64,000 nt of DNA from an uncultured Chloroflexia bacterium (GCA_963757055.1 CAVWPX010000008.1:144298-208297); one strand, 5' to 3'; shown: positions 42,363-53,790, numbered from the stretch's first letter. Notes: a model not told the origin generated them from the sequence alone. Made by a program: numbers and translations.

Positions 42363-43263
42363 ATGCGCCGCCTGACGTTCCCGCCTCGGACGCCCGAGGT
42401 CCTCCTCGCGAGCTGGTTCGTCGTGATCAGCCTGATGCGCGTCTCCGTCATCAGCGCCGCGGCCCCGGGGTTCGACGCCAAGCTCTACCGCACCGCGACG
42501 CTCACCTGGCTGCAGGGCGGGGACCCGTGGTCCGTGTACAGCGGGGCGATCCGCTTCGCGGCCCCGCCGCCGTCCCTGCTCGCGATGCTGCCCTTCGCGG
42601 TGGTGCCCGAGACCGTCGCGGTCGTCGCGATGATCGGGCTCGGCATCGTGGGCACCGCGTGGGCGCTGCGGCGGCTGGGGATGCCGCTCTGGTGGCTGGC
42701 GTTCCCGCCCTTCATCGACGGCCTGTACAACGGCAACCCGCAGGTGCTGCTGCTCCCGCTGCTGGTCGCCGGGCCTCGCCCCGATCGCGGCGCTGGTCAA
42801 GATCTACGCGGTCCCCGTCCCGCTGCTGCGCGGCGAGTGGAAGGCCGTGGCCGCGACCGCGGTCGTCCTGCTGGTGACGATCCCGATCCTGCCGTGGGCC
42901 GCCTATCTCTCCGAGTTCTCGTCGATCAGCGCCGCCCTCGTCGAGCAATCCGATGGCGGCATGAGCGCGCTGGCGATCCCGGTGCTGATCCCCGTCGCGG
43001 TCATCGCCCTGGTGCTCATGGGCCGCCGTCGCGCCGCCTGGTGGGTCGTCCCCGTCCTCTGGCCCAGCACGCAGTGGTACTACACGTCGCTGGCGATGCC
43101 CGCGACCACGCTGCTGGCGGGGTTCGTGGTCGCCGTGCCGGTCCCGTTCGCGGCGACGCTCGGGGCGGTGCTCGTGGCCGCCGAGGTCGTCTGGCGGTCG
43201 CGCCGGGCGCCGCCCGCTGACGCCGTCCCGGCCCCACCGGTCGCGCCCGCCGCCTCCGCCTGA
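42363..43263 (+). CDS. Small DUF2029/GT87-like membrane protein. The frame is interrupted near 42769-42776.
   Basis: ...GFDAKLYRTATLTWLQGGDPWSV...PPPSLLAMLPFAVVP...NPQVLLLPLLVAG continues as LAPIAALVKIYAVPVPLL...(ORF 42847..43263). Confidence 0.5.
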
Positions 43264-43334
43264 CGGCCCGGTCCGGTCCGGCGACGCCGTTGCGGTCGCA
43301 ACCATCCGAGGGCATCCGGTGCTATCGTTCGAGC

Positions 43335-44536
43335 GTGACCCCCATCACCCTCGACGTGGAGCCTGCCTGTCCGGCCGGCGACGATGTCGACCGCGTTCCC
43401 GATGCGGCGGCCCGTCCTCGACTTCGCGCCGAGCGGCGCCCGCTGGAGGCCTTCACGGCCACGACCTGGGACGGCCTCGCGGCCGCGAACCCGTGGGCGA
43501 CACCGTTCTCCGGCTGGGCGTTCCAGCGCGCGTGGTGGGACGGCTACGGCGCCAACGCCCATGACGAGACGCTCGCCCTGGTCGACGCCGACGCGCCGGC
43601 CGACGGCAGCGCGTCGCCGGTCGCGATCGTGCCGCTCATGCACCGGCACGAGGTCGAGTCGGACGACGCCGACACCCGGACGCGCCTCCGCGGCGACACC
43701 GACACCGACCTGACGGCCGTGGCCCCCGACGCCACGGCGATCTTCTTCGGCGCCTCGTACCACGCCGACTACGCGACGATCCTCGCGGCACCGGCGGACC
43801 TGCCGGACGCGGCGGCGGCCGTCGTCGCGTACCTCGCCGACGCCGACGCCCCGGCCTGGGACGTCGTCGACCTCCGCCGCCTCCGCTGCGGCGACCCGAC
43901 GGCCGACGCGCTCGGCGCGGCGTTCGGTGCCCGGGAGATCCGCGAGGGCTGGACGCTCAACGTCGAGCGCGAGGACGTGTGCCCGGTCGTGACGCTGCCG
44001 GACGGCATCGACCTCGACGGCTACCTCGCGACGCTCGGCAAGAAGGAGCGCCACGAGATCCGGCGCAAGGTCCGCCGGGCCGAGGCGGTCGGCGAGGTCC
44101 GCCTCGACGACTCGGCCGATCCCGTCGGCGACCTCGAGGCGTTCATCGACCTCCACCAGCGGCGCTGGGGCGCGGCCGGCCTCTTCCCGCCGACCGCCGG
44201 CGGGGACCAGAGCCGGGTCTTCATCCGCCGGCTGTTCGAGCTGTCCGGCACCGACGGCCCGGTCCGCCTCACGTTCCTCACGGTCGGCGGCCGGCGGATC
44301 GCGGCGGGGATCCACCTCGAGACCCCCGACGGCTATCTCTACTACAACGCCGGCGTGGACCCCGACGCCCGCGAGCTCTCGCCCGGCGTCGTGATGGTCC
44401 ATGCCTACGTCCAGCGGGCGATCGCGGAGGGCAAGCGCCGGCTCGACTTCCTCCGCGGCGACGAGCCGTACAAGTACGAGTGGGGCGCGTCGACGAGCCG
44501 ATCCAGCGGCTGCTCGTGCGCCGGCGAGCCGGCTGA
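43335..44536 (+). CDS. CelD/BioF2-like GNAT-fold acyltransferase. The frame is interrupted near 44485-44495.
   Basis: ...WDGLAAANPWATPFSGWAFQRAWWDGYG...GKKERHEIRRKVRRAE...YLYYNAGVDPDARELSPGVVMVHAYVQRAIAEGKRRLDFLRGDEPYKYEWGA continues as VDEPIQRLLVRRRAG* in the shifted frame. The GTG 43335 start is tentative. Confidence 0.68.
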
Positions 44537-45739
44537 TGGGCGCCCCGATGCCGTTCGAGCCCTGCTTCGAGCCGGTGATCCGCCAGCCGGTGACCGGCGG
44601 CCGCGTCCGCGTCGTCGAGCTGCTCGCGACCGGCTCGAACGGCGGCGCCCAGGAGCACCTGTTCTCGCTGGTCACGCGGATCGACCGCGCCCGCTACGAC
44701 GTCTCGGTCGTCGCGCTCTCGGCGGGGAGCGCCGTCCGCAAGCTCGAGCGGGCCGGGATCCCGGTCCTGGTGATCGACGAGGTCGACGACGCGATCGCGG
44801 TCGGCGCGCTGGCGACGCACCTGTCGGAGGTCCGCGCGGACGTCCTCCACACCCACATGTACCGCGCCGACACGGTCGGCACCCGCGCGGTCATGGCCCT
44901 CGGCGAGATCGGCCACCGCCGCCCGTACATCGTCTCGACCGTCCACTCGAGCCGCGTCCGCTCGAGCGAGGACCAGGCGCTGCTCGCGGCGCTGACGCCG
45001 CACATGGACCGGCTCATCGCGGTCTCCCGCTCGATCGAGCGCAAGCTCCACCAGGAGGGCCGGGACGTGATCCCGGTGGACCTGATCTACAACGGCGTCG
45101 ACCTCCAGCGCTACGACCACCAGGAGCCGTGCTGCACGCTGCCCGACGAGTACGGCATGGAGCCCGGCTCGCAGATCGTCGGCGTCGTCGCCCGGCTCGA
45201 GCCGGAGAAGGGCCACCCGACCCTCTTCGACGCGTGGCCGATCGTGCTCCGCGCGGTCCCGGACTCCGTACCTGCTCGTCGTCGGCGAGGGCAGCCGCCG
45301 GGATGCGCTCGAGGCGCAGGCCCGCGAGCTGCGGATCGCCCACCGCGTGGTCTTCACCGGCCGGCGCGACGACGTCCCGGCCGTCACCGCCGCGCTCGAC
45401 GTGGCCGTGCTCCCGTCCTACCGCGAGGCGCAGGGCCTGACGATCCTCGAGGCGATGGCGCTCTCGCGACCGGTCGTGGCATCCGACGTCGGCGGCATCC
45501 CCGAGATGATCCAGGACGGCAAGACCGGGCTCCTGGTCCCGCCGCACGACCCGGACGCGCTGGCCGCCGCGATCATCCGGCTGCTGACGGACCACCCGCT
45601 CGCGGACACGCTCGGGCGGGCCGGCCACGACCTGGTCCACGACCGGTTCTGCATCGAGCTGATGGTCCGCGCCATCGAGGGCATCTACGACGAGGGCGCC
45701 AAGGTCGTGCGCCCGTCCGAGGTGGCCGCGGCCGGCTAG
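44536..45739 (+). CDS. GT4-family glycosyltransferase. The frame is interrupted near 45262-45268.
   Basis: VRVVELLATGSNGGAQEHLFSL...HTHMYRAD... continues as YLLVVGEGSRRDALEAQARELRIAHRVVFTGRRDDV...SYREAQGLTILEAMALSRPVVASDVGGIPEMIQDGKTGLLVPP (EX7E-type motif). The ATG overlaps the upstream TGA. Confidence 0.85.
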
Positions 45740-45788
45740 GACCTTCGTGCCGGTGCGACGGCGCACCGGGGGCACGTAGCATCCGCCG

Positions 45789-47222
45789 GTGAGCCTGAAT
45801 CGCCTGTGGGTCTTCCTGGCCGTCGCCCTGCCCGTCCTGGCGTCGGTCATCGCGAACCTCTCGTCGGTCGACCTGACGTACCACCTCCGCGCCGGCGACG
45901 AGATCCTCTCGAGCGGCGCGATCCCGCGGGTGGACACGTGGACCTACACCGCGGCCGGCGTGCCCTGGGTCGACCAGCAATGGGGCGCCCAGGTCGTGCT
46001 CGAGGCGGCCTACCGGTTCGCCGGCTGGACCGGGCTGGTCCTGCTGCGCGGGCTCCTCGTCGGCATCATCTTCGGGTCGGTCTTCGCCATCGCCCGGTGG
46101 CGCGGGCTGAGCGAGCGGACGTCGGCCCTGCTGACGCTCGCCGCGTTCGCCGTGTCGGCGGTCGCCCTCGCGATGCGCCCGCAGCTCATCGGGATGGCGA
46201 TCTTCGCGGTCGTGCTCCTGCTGGTCGTCGACCGGCGCGCCCACCCGCGCCGGCTGTGGCTCGTCCCGGTCATCGTCGCGATCTGGGCCAACATGCACGG
46301 CAGCTTCTTCCTCGGGCCCGTCCTCCTGGGCCTCGCCTGGCTCGAGGACGTGCACGACCACGACCCGGGCGCTCGCCGGGTCCTGGCGCTGGCGGCGATC
46401 AGCGCCGCCGCGGCCTGCATCAATCCCTTCGGCCCGGCCGTGTGGGGCTACGCCATCGGCCTGTCCACGAACCCGCTCGTCACCCAGCGCATCTCGGAGT
46501 GGGCGCCGACGACGTTGCGGACGATCCCGGGCATCCTCTTCTTCGCGAGCGCCGCGGCCATCGTCGTCCTGATCGCCCGGCGCGGGGACCGCACCGCCTG
46601 GCCGACGCTCGCGTGGCTCGGGGTCTTCTTCGTCATCGGCGCCTTCGCGATCCGGGGCGTCGCCTGGTGGCCGCTCGCCGCGGTCGCGGCCATCGCCGGC
46701 ACGCTCGTGGTCGACCGGCCGCGGACCGCCGAAGCCCGCCCCGACCCGCCGCTCATCCGGCGCGCCAACCTGGCCATCGCCGTGATCCTCGTCGTCGTCG
46801 GCATCGCGCTGCTCCCCGTCTGGCGACCCATCGAGCCCGGTCTGCAGGCGCCCGTCGGGGTCGTCGGGAACGCGCCGCCGGGGATCACCGACGCGCTGCG
46901 CACCAGGGCCGTCCCGGGCGACCGGCTGTTCGCGCCGCAGCCGTGGGGCTCGTGGTTCGAGTTCAGCCTGCCGGCGCTCCCCATCGGGATCGACTCCCGG
47001 ATCGAGCTCTTCCCGGTCAGCGTGTGGGACGACTACGAGCTGGTCGTCTCGGGTGCCGACGGCTGGCAGGAGCGGCTGCGGACCTGGGGCGTGACGCTGG
47101 CGGTCGTCGCCGGCGACGACCAGGCGGCGTTCGGGGACCGCCTCCGGGCGGCCGGCTGGCGGCCGGTCTACCACGATGACGACGGCACCCTCCTCACCGC
47201 GCCGGACCGTCCGGGCGCCTGA
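45789..47222 (+). CDS. Polytopic membrane protein with a periplasmic C-terminal domain. Possibly GT-C-like, family unassigned.
   Basis: An intact 477-aa ORF with a GTG start. It reads ...SSVDLTYHLRAGDEILSSGAIPRVDTWTYTAAGVPWVDQQWGAQVVL...WANMHGSFFLGP... and has about 11 TM helices followed by a soluble tail. Confidence 0.5.
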   Translation: MSLNRLWVFLAVALPVLASVIANLSSVDLTYHLRAGDEILSSGAIPRVDTWTYTAAGVPWVDQQWGAQVVLEAAYRFAGWTGLVLLRGLLVGIIFGSVFAIARWRGLSERTSALLTLAAFAVSAVALAMRPQLIGMAIFAVVLLLVVDRRAHPRRLWLVPVIVAIWANMHGSFFLGPVLLGLAWLEDVHDHDPGARRVLALAAISAAAACINPFGPAVWGYAIGLSTNPLVTQRISEWAPTTLRTIPGILFFASAAAIVVLIARRGDRTAWPTLAWLGVFFVIGAFAIRGVAWWPLAAVAAIAGTLVVDRPRTAEARPDPPLIRRANLAIAVILVVVGIALLPVWRPIEPGLQAPVGVVGNAPPGITDALRTRAVPGDRLFAPQPWGSWFEFSLPALPIGIDSRIELFPVSVWDDYELVVSGADGWQERLRTWGVTLAVVAGDDQAAFGDRLRAAGWRPVYHDDDGTLLTAPDRPGA

Positions 47223-47324
47223 CCGGACGCCCGCGACGACGCCGGCGGGCGAGCCCGCGGGACCGCGGTTGGTACTAGGGCGGGCCGGACCTTCGCAGCG
47301 CGGTGCCGCCGTGCACCGTGCTGC

Positions 47325-47340
47325 TAGAGTCGCCGAAATG
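47325..47340 (+). promoter_or_regulatory. Candidate -10 (TAGAGT) placed 7 nt before the dehydrogenase ATG, a geometry that suggests a leaderless transcript.
   Basis: ctgcTAGAGTcgccgaaATG, with no Shine-Dalgarno sequence between. Confidence 0.2.
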
Positions 47341-48543
47341 ACCGAACGACCCGCGGACCTGGATGTCGTCGTGCTCGGTGGCGGAGGACACGTCGGGCTG
47401 CCGCTCAGCCTGTCGTTCGCCAGCATCGGGCTGCGCGTCGGCATCTACGACACCAACCAGGCGACCCTCGACCGGATCGCCGCCGGCGAGATGCCGTTCA
47501 TGGAGACCGGTGCCGAGGCGCTGCTGCACGAGCTGCTGCCCACCGGCCGCCTGACCTTCGGCTCCGACGGCTCGATCATCGGCCGGACCGGGCAGCTGGT
47601 GGTCGTCATCGGCACGCCGGTCGACGAGTTCCTCGGCCCGTCGATGACGATCTTCGAGAAGGCCGTCGACCAGATCGCGCCGCACCTCCGCGAGGACGCG
47701 CTGGTGGTCCTGCGCAGCACGGTCTATCCGGGCACGACCTCCTACGTCGCCCAGCATCTCGCCGAGCGCGGCTGCCACGTCGACGTCGCGTTCTGCCCGG
47801 AGCGGATCGCCGAGGGCCATGCCCTCGAGGAGATCCGCTCGCTCCCCCAGATCGTCGGGGCCGACACGCCGCATGCCGGCGACCGCGCGGAGGCCCTGTT
47901 CGGGGCGCTCGCCTCCTCGATCGTCCGGACGACGTCGAAGGAAGCCGAGCTCGCCAAGCTCTTCACCAACACCTGGCGGTACATGAAGTTCGCGGTGGCG
48001 AACCAGTTCCTGATGATCGCCGACCAGGCCGGGGTGGACTACACGCACGTGCTGCGCGCCATCCGCGAGGACTATCCGCGGGCGGCGGACCTGCCGGGCC
48101 CCGGCTTCGCGGCCGGTCCCTGCCTGTTCAAGGACACGATGCAGCTGGCCGCCTTCACCTCCGACCACTTCCCGCTCGGCCAGGCCGCCATGCAGGTCAA
48201 CGAGGGCCTGCCGGCCTACATCGTGTCCGCGCTCGAGCGCCGCTACGGCCGTCTCCAGGGCACGACGGTCGGCATCCTCGGCATGGCCTTCAAGGGCGAA
48301 TCGGACGACACGCGGGCATCGCTGAGCTACAAGCTCCGCAAGCTGCTGTCGTGGTCCGGCGCGCGCGTCCTGGCCACCGATCCCTACGTCGACGACGACC
48401 GGCTCGTGTCGCTGGACTGCGTCCTGGCCGAGAGCGACGTCCTGGTCCTCGGGGCGCCGCACCGCGCCTATCGCGGCCTCGAGATCGGCGGCAAGGACGT
48501 CATCGACGTGTGGGGCCTGCTCGGCGAGGGGATCCGCCTGTGA
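47338..48543 (+). CDS. Nucleotide-sugar 6-dehydrogenase (UDP-glucose/GDP-mannose dehydrogenase family).
   Basis: The Rossmann motif is VVVLGGGGHVGLPLS. Other motifs are ...FCPERIAEG...KEAELAKLFTNTWRYMKFAVANQF...GPGFAAGPCLFKD (catalytic Cys)...GMAFKGESDDTR. Confidence 0.9.
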   Translation: MTERPADLDVVVLGGGGHVGLPLSLSFASIGLRVGIYDTNQATLDRIAAGEMPFMETGAEALLHELLPTGRLTFGSDGSIIGRTGQLVVVIGTPVDEFLGPSMTIFEKAVDQIAPHLREDALVVLRSTVYPGTTSYVAQHLAERGCHVDVAFCPERIAEGHALEEIRSLPQIVGADTPHAGDRAEALFGALASSIVRTTSKEAELAKLFTNTWRYMKFAVANQFLMIADQAGVDYTHVLRAIREDYPRAADLPGPGFAAGPCLFKDTMQLAAFTSDHFPLGQAAMQVNEGLPAYIVSALERRYGRLQGTTVGILGMAFKGESDDTRASLSYKLRKLLSWSGARVLATDPYVDDDRLVSLDCVLAESDVLVLGAPHRAYRGLEIGGKDVIDVWGLLGEGIRL

Positions 48544-49511
48544 GCGCCGACAGCGGGTCCTGGCCGGCGGCCTCGCGGCCCATCGACGGCGGATCGGCGC
48601 CGGCGCTCGTGCCGGGCTCGGCCGAGATCAGCGGCCGCCGCTGGGGCGTGCTGCTCGATGGCGGCGGGCTCGCCCTCATCTCCGGCATCGCGCTGGCGAT
48701 CGGCGTCGCCTATGCCGTCGCGAACATCGTCCCCGTCGACACCGACATGTACTGGCGCGCCGGCCTGTCCTCGCACTACTACGGCACCGTGTGGGCGGCG
48801 GACGCGAACTCCCTGTACGTCTACCCGCCGCCGCTCGCCCAGGCGATCGGCCTCCTGGCGCCCATCGGCTGGTCCGCGTTCGTCATCGGCTGGACGGTCT
48901 TCGTCTTCGCCGGGATGTGGGCGAGCACGCGCCGCTGGAGCCTGCTCGTGTTCGCCGCCACGGCGGGCGCGGCCATCCTGTGGGGCATCGACTCCGGCCC
49001 GGCCAAGCCGCTCCTCCTGGCCATGATCGGCAACGTCCAGCCGCTCCTCGCGGCGGCGGTCGTCATCGGCTTCCGCTGGCCGGCCGCCTGGGCGTTCGTG
49101 ATCCTGACCAAGATCGCCCCCGGCATCGGCATCCTGTGGTTCGCCTTCCGCCGCGAGTGGCGGAACATGGGCATCGCCCTGGCCGCCACGGCGGTCATCG
49201 CCGCGGTGTCGTTCGTGTTCGCGCCCCAGCAATGGGCCGACTTCGTCCGCTTCGCGATGGCCAACGTCGGCGCGCCGTCGCCGAACCCGGTGGTCCCGAT
49301 CTCGCTGCCGGTGCGGATCGCGATGTCGGTCGCGATGATCGCCTGGGGCGCCCGGACGAACCACCGCTGGATCGTCCCCTTCGCCGCGGGGTGGGCGTCG
49401 CTGGCCCTCTACGAATGGACCTGGCTGACGATGCTGCTGGCCGGCCTCGCCCTCGTGGACTGGCCGCCGAAGCTGCCGGGCCGGGCGACGGCGCGAACCG
49501 CGACCGCATGA
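48540..49511 (+). CDS. DUF2029/GT87-like membrane protein (closest paralogue of 34745..35561).
   Basis: ...VDTDMYWRAGLSSHYYG...LYVYPPPLAQAIGLLAPIG...FRWPAAWAFVILTKIAPGIGILWFAFRREWR.... The GTG overlaps the dehydrogenase stop (GTGA). Confidence 0.65.
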   Translation: MSADSGSWPAASRPIDGGSAPALVPGSAEISGRRWGVLLDGGGLALISGIALAIGVAYAVANIVPVDTDMYWRAGLSSHYYGTVWAADANSLYVYPPPLAQAIGLLAPIGWSAFVIGWTVFVFAGMWASTRRWSLLVFAATAGAAILWGIDSGPAKPLLLAMIGNVQPLLAAAVVIGFRWPAAWAFVILTKIAPGIGILWFAFRREWRNMGIALAATAVIAAVSFVFAPQQWADFVRFAMANVGAPSPNPVVPISLPVRIAMSVAMIAWGARTNHRWIVPFAAGWASLALYEWTWLTMLLAGLALVDWPPKLPGRATARTATA

Positions 49512-50530
49512 GGATCCTCGTCACCGGCGCGGCCGGGTTCATCAACGGCTATCTCGTCCCGGAGCTCCTCGAGGCCGGTCATGACGTGATCGGGCTCGAC
49601 GACTTCAGCAAGTACGGCCGGCTGTCCAAGTCGTACGACGAGCATCCGCGCTACCGGTTCGTCGAGGGCGACGCCAAGGACGCGGACCTCATGCGCGAGC
49701 TGGCCGCCGACTGCGACCAGGTCGTGGCCGCCGCCGCGATGATCGGCGGGATCAGCTACTTCCACGAGTTCGCCTACGACCTGCTCGCGGAGAACGAGCG
49801 GATCCTCGCCTCGACCTTCGATGCGGCGATCGCCGCGCACCGGGACGGCCACCTCGAGCGGATCATCGTGGTCTCCAGCTCGATGGTCTACGAGTCGGCG
49901 ACCGTCTTCCCGACGCCGGAGGGCGCGCAGCGGACCTCGCCGCCGCCGATCTCGACCTACGGCTTCCAGAAGCTCGCGTCCGAGTACTTCGCCCTGGGCG
50001 CGGTCGAGCAGTACGGCCTGCCCTACACGATCGTGCGCCCCTTCAACTGCGTCGGGATCGGCGAGCGCCGCGCGCTGCGGGACACCGACATCATGTCCGG
50101 CAACGTGAAGCTCGCGCTGTCCCACGTGGTCCCGGACCTCGTCCTCAAGGTCCTCAAGGGCCAGGACCCGCTCCACATCCTGGGCGACGGATCGCAGGTG
50201 CGGCACTACACGTACGGCGGCGACCTGGCCCACGGGATCCGCCTCGCGATGGAGTCGCCCGACGCGATCGGCGAGGACTACAACCTCTCGACCGCCGCCT
50301 CGACCACCGTCCTCGAGCTGGCCGAGACCATCTGGCGGAAGGTCCACGGGCCGGACCGGCCGTTCGCCACGGTCAGCGACCCGCCGTTCGAGCACGACGT
50401 CAAGCTGCGCGTCCCCGACGTGCGCAAGGCCCGCGAGCAGCTCGGCTTCGAGGCGACCACCACGCTCGACGAGATGCTCGACGAGGTGATCCCGTGGATC
50501 GCGGCGGAGACCGCGGTCGGCCGGCTCTAG
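49508..50530 (+). CDS. NAD-dependent SDR epimerase/dehydratase.
   Basis: MRILVTGAAGFINGYLVPELL...VVSSSMVYE...STYGFQKLASE (YxxxK). The ATG overlaps the upstream stop (ATGA). Confidence 0.9.
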   Translation: MRILVTGAAGFINGYLVPELLEAGHDVIGLDDFSKYGRLSKSYDEHPRYRFVEGDAKDADLMRELAADCDQVVAAAAMIGGISYFHEFAYDLLAENERILASTFDAAIAAHRDGHLERIIVVSSSMVYESATVFPTPEGAQRTSPPPISTYGFQKLASEYFALGAVEQYGLPYTIVRPFNCVGIGERRALRDTDIMSGNVKLALSHVVPDLVLKVLKGQDPLHILGDGSQVRHYTYGGDLAHGIRLAMESPDAIGEDYNLSTAASTTVLELAETIWRKVHGPDRPFATVSDPPFEHDVKLRVPDVRKAREQLGFEATTTLDEMLDEVIPWIAAETAVGRL

Positions 50531-50532
50531 AC

Positions 50533-52006
50533 GTGGGCGTCGCGGCGCCTGACGCCCCGCCGGCCGAGACCGGGCTGTCGACGGTCTTCGGCATCCGCAT
50601 CCTGGCCCGCCTCGGCCCGGCGCGGCTGACCGGCCTGTTCGGGCTCCTCTTCTGGGTGGGCGCGATGGTCTGGCTGCCGATGACGCTGCGCCCCGACCTC
50701 ATCCGGCCGGCCGACCTCGGCTCCGACACGTCCAACTACGCGGCGGCGGGGGAGCGCCTCGCGCAGGGGTCGGACCTGTACGCGCTGCAGGCCGGCGACC
50801 GGCCGGTCCCCGCCGACAATCCCCCGGAGTGGTCGGTGCCGATCCTCTCGCCGCCGGCGGTCGGGGTCCTGTGGGCGCCGCTGACGCTCCTGCCGCAGCC
50901 GTTCGAGCTGTACACGAGCTGGACGGTCGGCCTGGCCTGCACGGTCGCGCTGGGCGTGTTCCTGGTCCTCCGCCTGCGACCGCTGCTGGTCGTCGCGATC
51001 CTCGCGCCGCTGATGGTCCTCACCCTCGTCGCCTGGTCCGGGAACCTGTATGCCCTGCTCGCCCCGGCGTTCGCGCTGACCTGGTGGCTCTCGGTCCGGG
51101 AGCGGACCCGCGAGAGCGAGTGGCTGGTCGGGGCGATCATCGGCGCCGCGACGGTGCTCAAGCTGGGGCCGGCCGTGCTGCTCGTCTGGCTGCTGGCCGG
51201 GCGGCGGACCGACGCGCTCGCCAGCGCGGCCGTCACCGGGCTCGTGTCGGTGGCCGCCGCCGTCTGGCTCGGCGGCGTCGGCATCTTCCGGGAGTACCTC
51301 GACGTCGTCCTCCATTCCGCGGGCACGCCGGCCCCGCTGAGCATCCCGGGCCTGCTCGCCGGGCTGGGGCTGCCGGCGACCGTGGCCCGGCTCGGGCTGC
51401 TCGTCGTCGTGGCCCTCGGCTGCCTCGCGGTCGTGCTCCTGCGCAAGGACCCGCGCCGGTCGTTCGCGGTGGCGGTCGTCCTGAGCCTGTTCGCCACCAC
51501 GGTCGTCCGGCCGGAGACGCTCGTCGTCGCGCTCGTCGCGCTGATGCCGTGGGCGACGCACGACAACGCGCCGATCGAGCCGCTGCGCGGCGACGCCCGC
51601 TCCCCGATGCTCGCGATCTCGGCCGGGGTCGCCGCGATCGCGGTGGCCCTGTCGATCACCACGGGCGGGCTGCGGTCCTCGTCGATGACGCTGGTCAACG
51701 ACACCGCCGCGCCGGTCGTCGTCCGCTTCACCGTGCCGTCCCAGGACGCGTCGTTCGGGTTCCGGCTCCAGCCCGGCGAGGCGGGGACCGGGTGGCTCGA
51801 CCGGCTCGGGACCGTGTTCTCGCCGGTCTACGTGACCACCGCGAGCTGCGACCTCCTGTACCAGTTCGACGCGGACCCGAGCGTGACCGCCATGCGCATC
51901 GGCCCGGACGTCCGCGGTCGCCGTGGAGCAGCCGGCCGGCGCGTTCCTCGACTACGCGCCCGATTGCGCCGAGGTCGTCGCGCTGAGCGCGGCGGGCTCG
52001 AGGTAG
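50533..52006 (+). CDS. DUF2029/GT87-like membrane protein with a C-terminal extracytoplasmic domain. The frame is interrupted near 51910-51920.
   Basis: GTG start. ...LGSDTSNYAAAGERLAQGSDLYAL...VPILSPPAVGVLWAPLTLLP...VLKLGPAVLLVWLLAGRR... is followed by the tail ...VAVEQPAGAFLDYAPDCAEVVALSAAGSR* in the shifted frame (TAG 52004-52006). Confidence 0.6.
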
Positions 52007-52066
52007 CCGGGTGCACCCGTACCTTCAGCGGGTTGTCCGCTGGCACCGGCATGCAAGACTGCGCAA

Positions 52067-52804
52067 GTGACCGAGATCCCGCACGCCCCGAACGAACCGA
52101 TCGTCGCCGTGATCATCCCGGCGCTGAACGAGGCCGGCAAGATCGGCCGCGTCCTCGACAAGCTGCCCGCCGACGGGCGCTTCGAGGCGATCGTCGTCGA
52201 TGACGGCTCGACCGACCGGACCGGCGACGAGGCGCGCGAGCACGGCGCGGCGGTGGTCGTCCGGCACGAGCAGCGCGGCGGGGTCGGCGCGGCCATCCGC
52301 GACGGCTGGCGCGTCGGGGTCGCCCGCGAGCGGCCGTACCTCGCCCTGCTGTCCGGCGACGACCAGCACGAGCCGGCCGAGCTGGTCGCCGCGCTGGACG
52401 CGCTCCTGGCCGCCGAGGCCGACTATCTCCAGGGCTCGCGCTGGATGCCGGGCGGCCAGGTCTTCGGCGCCATCGGCGGCCGGGCCCGCGGCACGCGGCT
52501 CTATTCGATGGCGTTCAGCGTCCTCGTCGGCCGGCGCGTGACCGACGCGACCAACGGCTTCCGGATCTTCCGCAGCGAGCTCCTGTCCGATCCGAAGATC
52601 GAGCTCGACCAGCGCTGGCTCGACAGCTACGACCTCGAGCCCTACGTCCTGTACCGGGCGATCACCCGCGGGTACCGGGTCATCGAGTTCCCGGTGACCG
52701 TGCGCTACCACCGCAACGAGAGCTATACGAAGATGCGCGGCATGAAGGACTGGTGGCGGCTGTTCCGCCCGGCCCTGCTGCTGCGGACCGGGGTCAAGCG
52801 ATGA
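52067..52804 (+). CDS. GT2 polyprenyl-phosphate sugar synthase-like glycosyltransferase.
   Basis: GTG start. VAVIIPALNEAGKIG...AIVVDDGSTDRT...LLSGDDQHEP...TNGFRIF.... Confidence 0.85.
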   Translation: MTEIPHAPNEPIVAVIIPALNEAGKIGRVLDKLPADGRFEAIVVDDGSTDRTGDEAREHGAAVVVRHEQRGGVGAAIRDGWRVGVARERPYLALLSGDDQHEPAELVAALDALLAAEADYLQGSRWMPGGQVFGAIGGRARGTRLYSMAFSVLVGRRVTDATNGFRIFRSELLSDPKIELDQRWLDSYDLEPYVLYRAITRGYRVIEFPVTVRYHRNESYTKMRGMKDWWRLFRPALLLRTGVKR

Positions 52805-53790
52805 GCGCGGTGGCGCTCGAGCGCTCCTTCGGCGCGCGCCGGATCCTCGTCACGGGCGGCGCCGGCTTCGTCGGCTCGGCGGTGACCCGGCGGCTGGTGG
52901 ACGCCGGCGCCCGCGTCACCGTCCTCGACGACCTCTTCACCGGCAAGGCCGACGAGCTGCCGACGGGCGCGGAGTTCGTCCGCGGGTCCGTCACCGACGC
53001 GCCGCTCGTCAACGAGCTCGTCGCCGAGCACGGCCTGATCTTCCACCTCGCCGCGCGGAACATCATCGCGTCGACCGCCAACCCGCTCGACGACTACGCC
53101 ACGAACATCGGCGGCACGCTGAACATCCTCCTGGCGGCGCGCGAGTCCAAGGTCGACCGCATCGTCTACTCGTCGTCGGCGTCCGTGTACGGCAACCCGC
53201 GCTCGATCCCGATCAACGAGGACGACGGGCTGTGGACGCTGTCGCCCTACGCGGTCAGCAAGCTCGGCGGCGAGAACTACTGCACGGCCTTCGCCGAGAG
53301 CTACGGCCTGCGGGTCGCGACGGTCCGCTTCTCGAACGTCTACGGCCCGCACCAGCGGCCGGACAACCCCTACAGCGGCGTCGTCTCGAAGTTCCTCGTC
53401 GAGGCCCACGCGGGCCGGCCGATCACGATCCACGGCGACGGCGAGCAGACGCGCGACTACACCTTCATCGACGACGCCGTCGACGCGACCCTCCTCGCGG
53501 CCATCCACCCGCGCGCCGAGGGCGAGGTCTTCAACGTCGGCACCGGGATCGAGACGTCGGTGAACCGGCTCGCCGCCTCGATCGGGACGGCGCTCGGCAC
53601 CGAGATCGACGTCCAGCACGTCGACCGACGCGACATCGACAACATCCGGCGCCGGGTCGTCAACATCGAGAAGATCCGCCGGATGCTGCGCTGGACGCCG
53701 CAGTACACCCTCGAGCGCGGCCTCGAGCAGACCGTCGAGTGGTACCTGGGCTCGTCCTTCGCGTCCGAGCCCGTCGCCAGCGCCCGATGA
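52801..53790 (+). CDS. NAD-dependent SDR epimerase/dehydratase (UDP-sugar 4-epimerase / decarboxylase-like).
   Basis: RILVTGGAGFVGSAVTRRLV...YSSSASVYG...SPYAVSKLGGE (YxxxK). ATGA overlap with the preceding GT2. Confidence 0.9.
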   Translation: MSAVALERSFGARRILVTGGAGFVGSAVTRRLVDAGARVTVLDDLFTGKADELPTGAEFVRGSVTDAPLVNELVAEHGLIFHLAARNIIASTANPLDDYATNIGGTLNILLAARESKVDRIVYSSSASVYGNPRSIPINEDDGLWTLSPYAVSKLGGENYCTAFAESYGLRVATVRFSNVYGPHQRPDNPYSGVVSKFLVEAHAGRPITIHGDGEQTRDYTFIDDAVDATLLAAIHPRAEGEVFNVGTGIETSVNRLAASIGTALGTEIDVQHVDRRDIDNIRRRVVNIEKIRRMLRWTPQYTLERGLEQTVEWYLGSSFASEPVASAR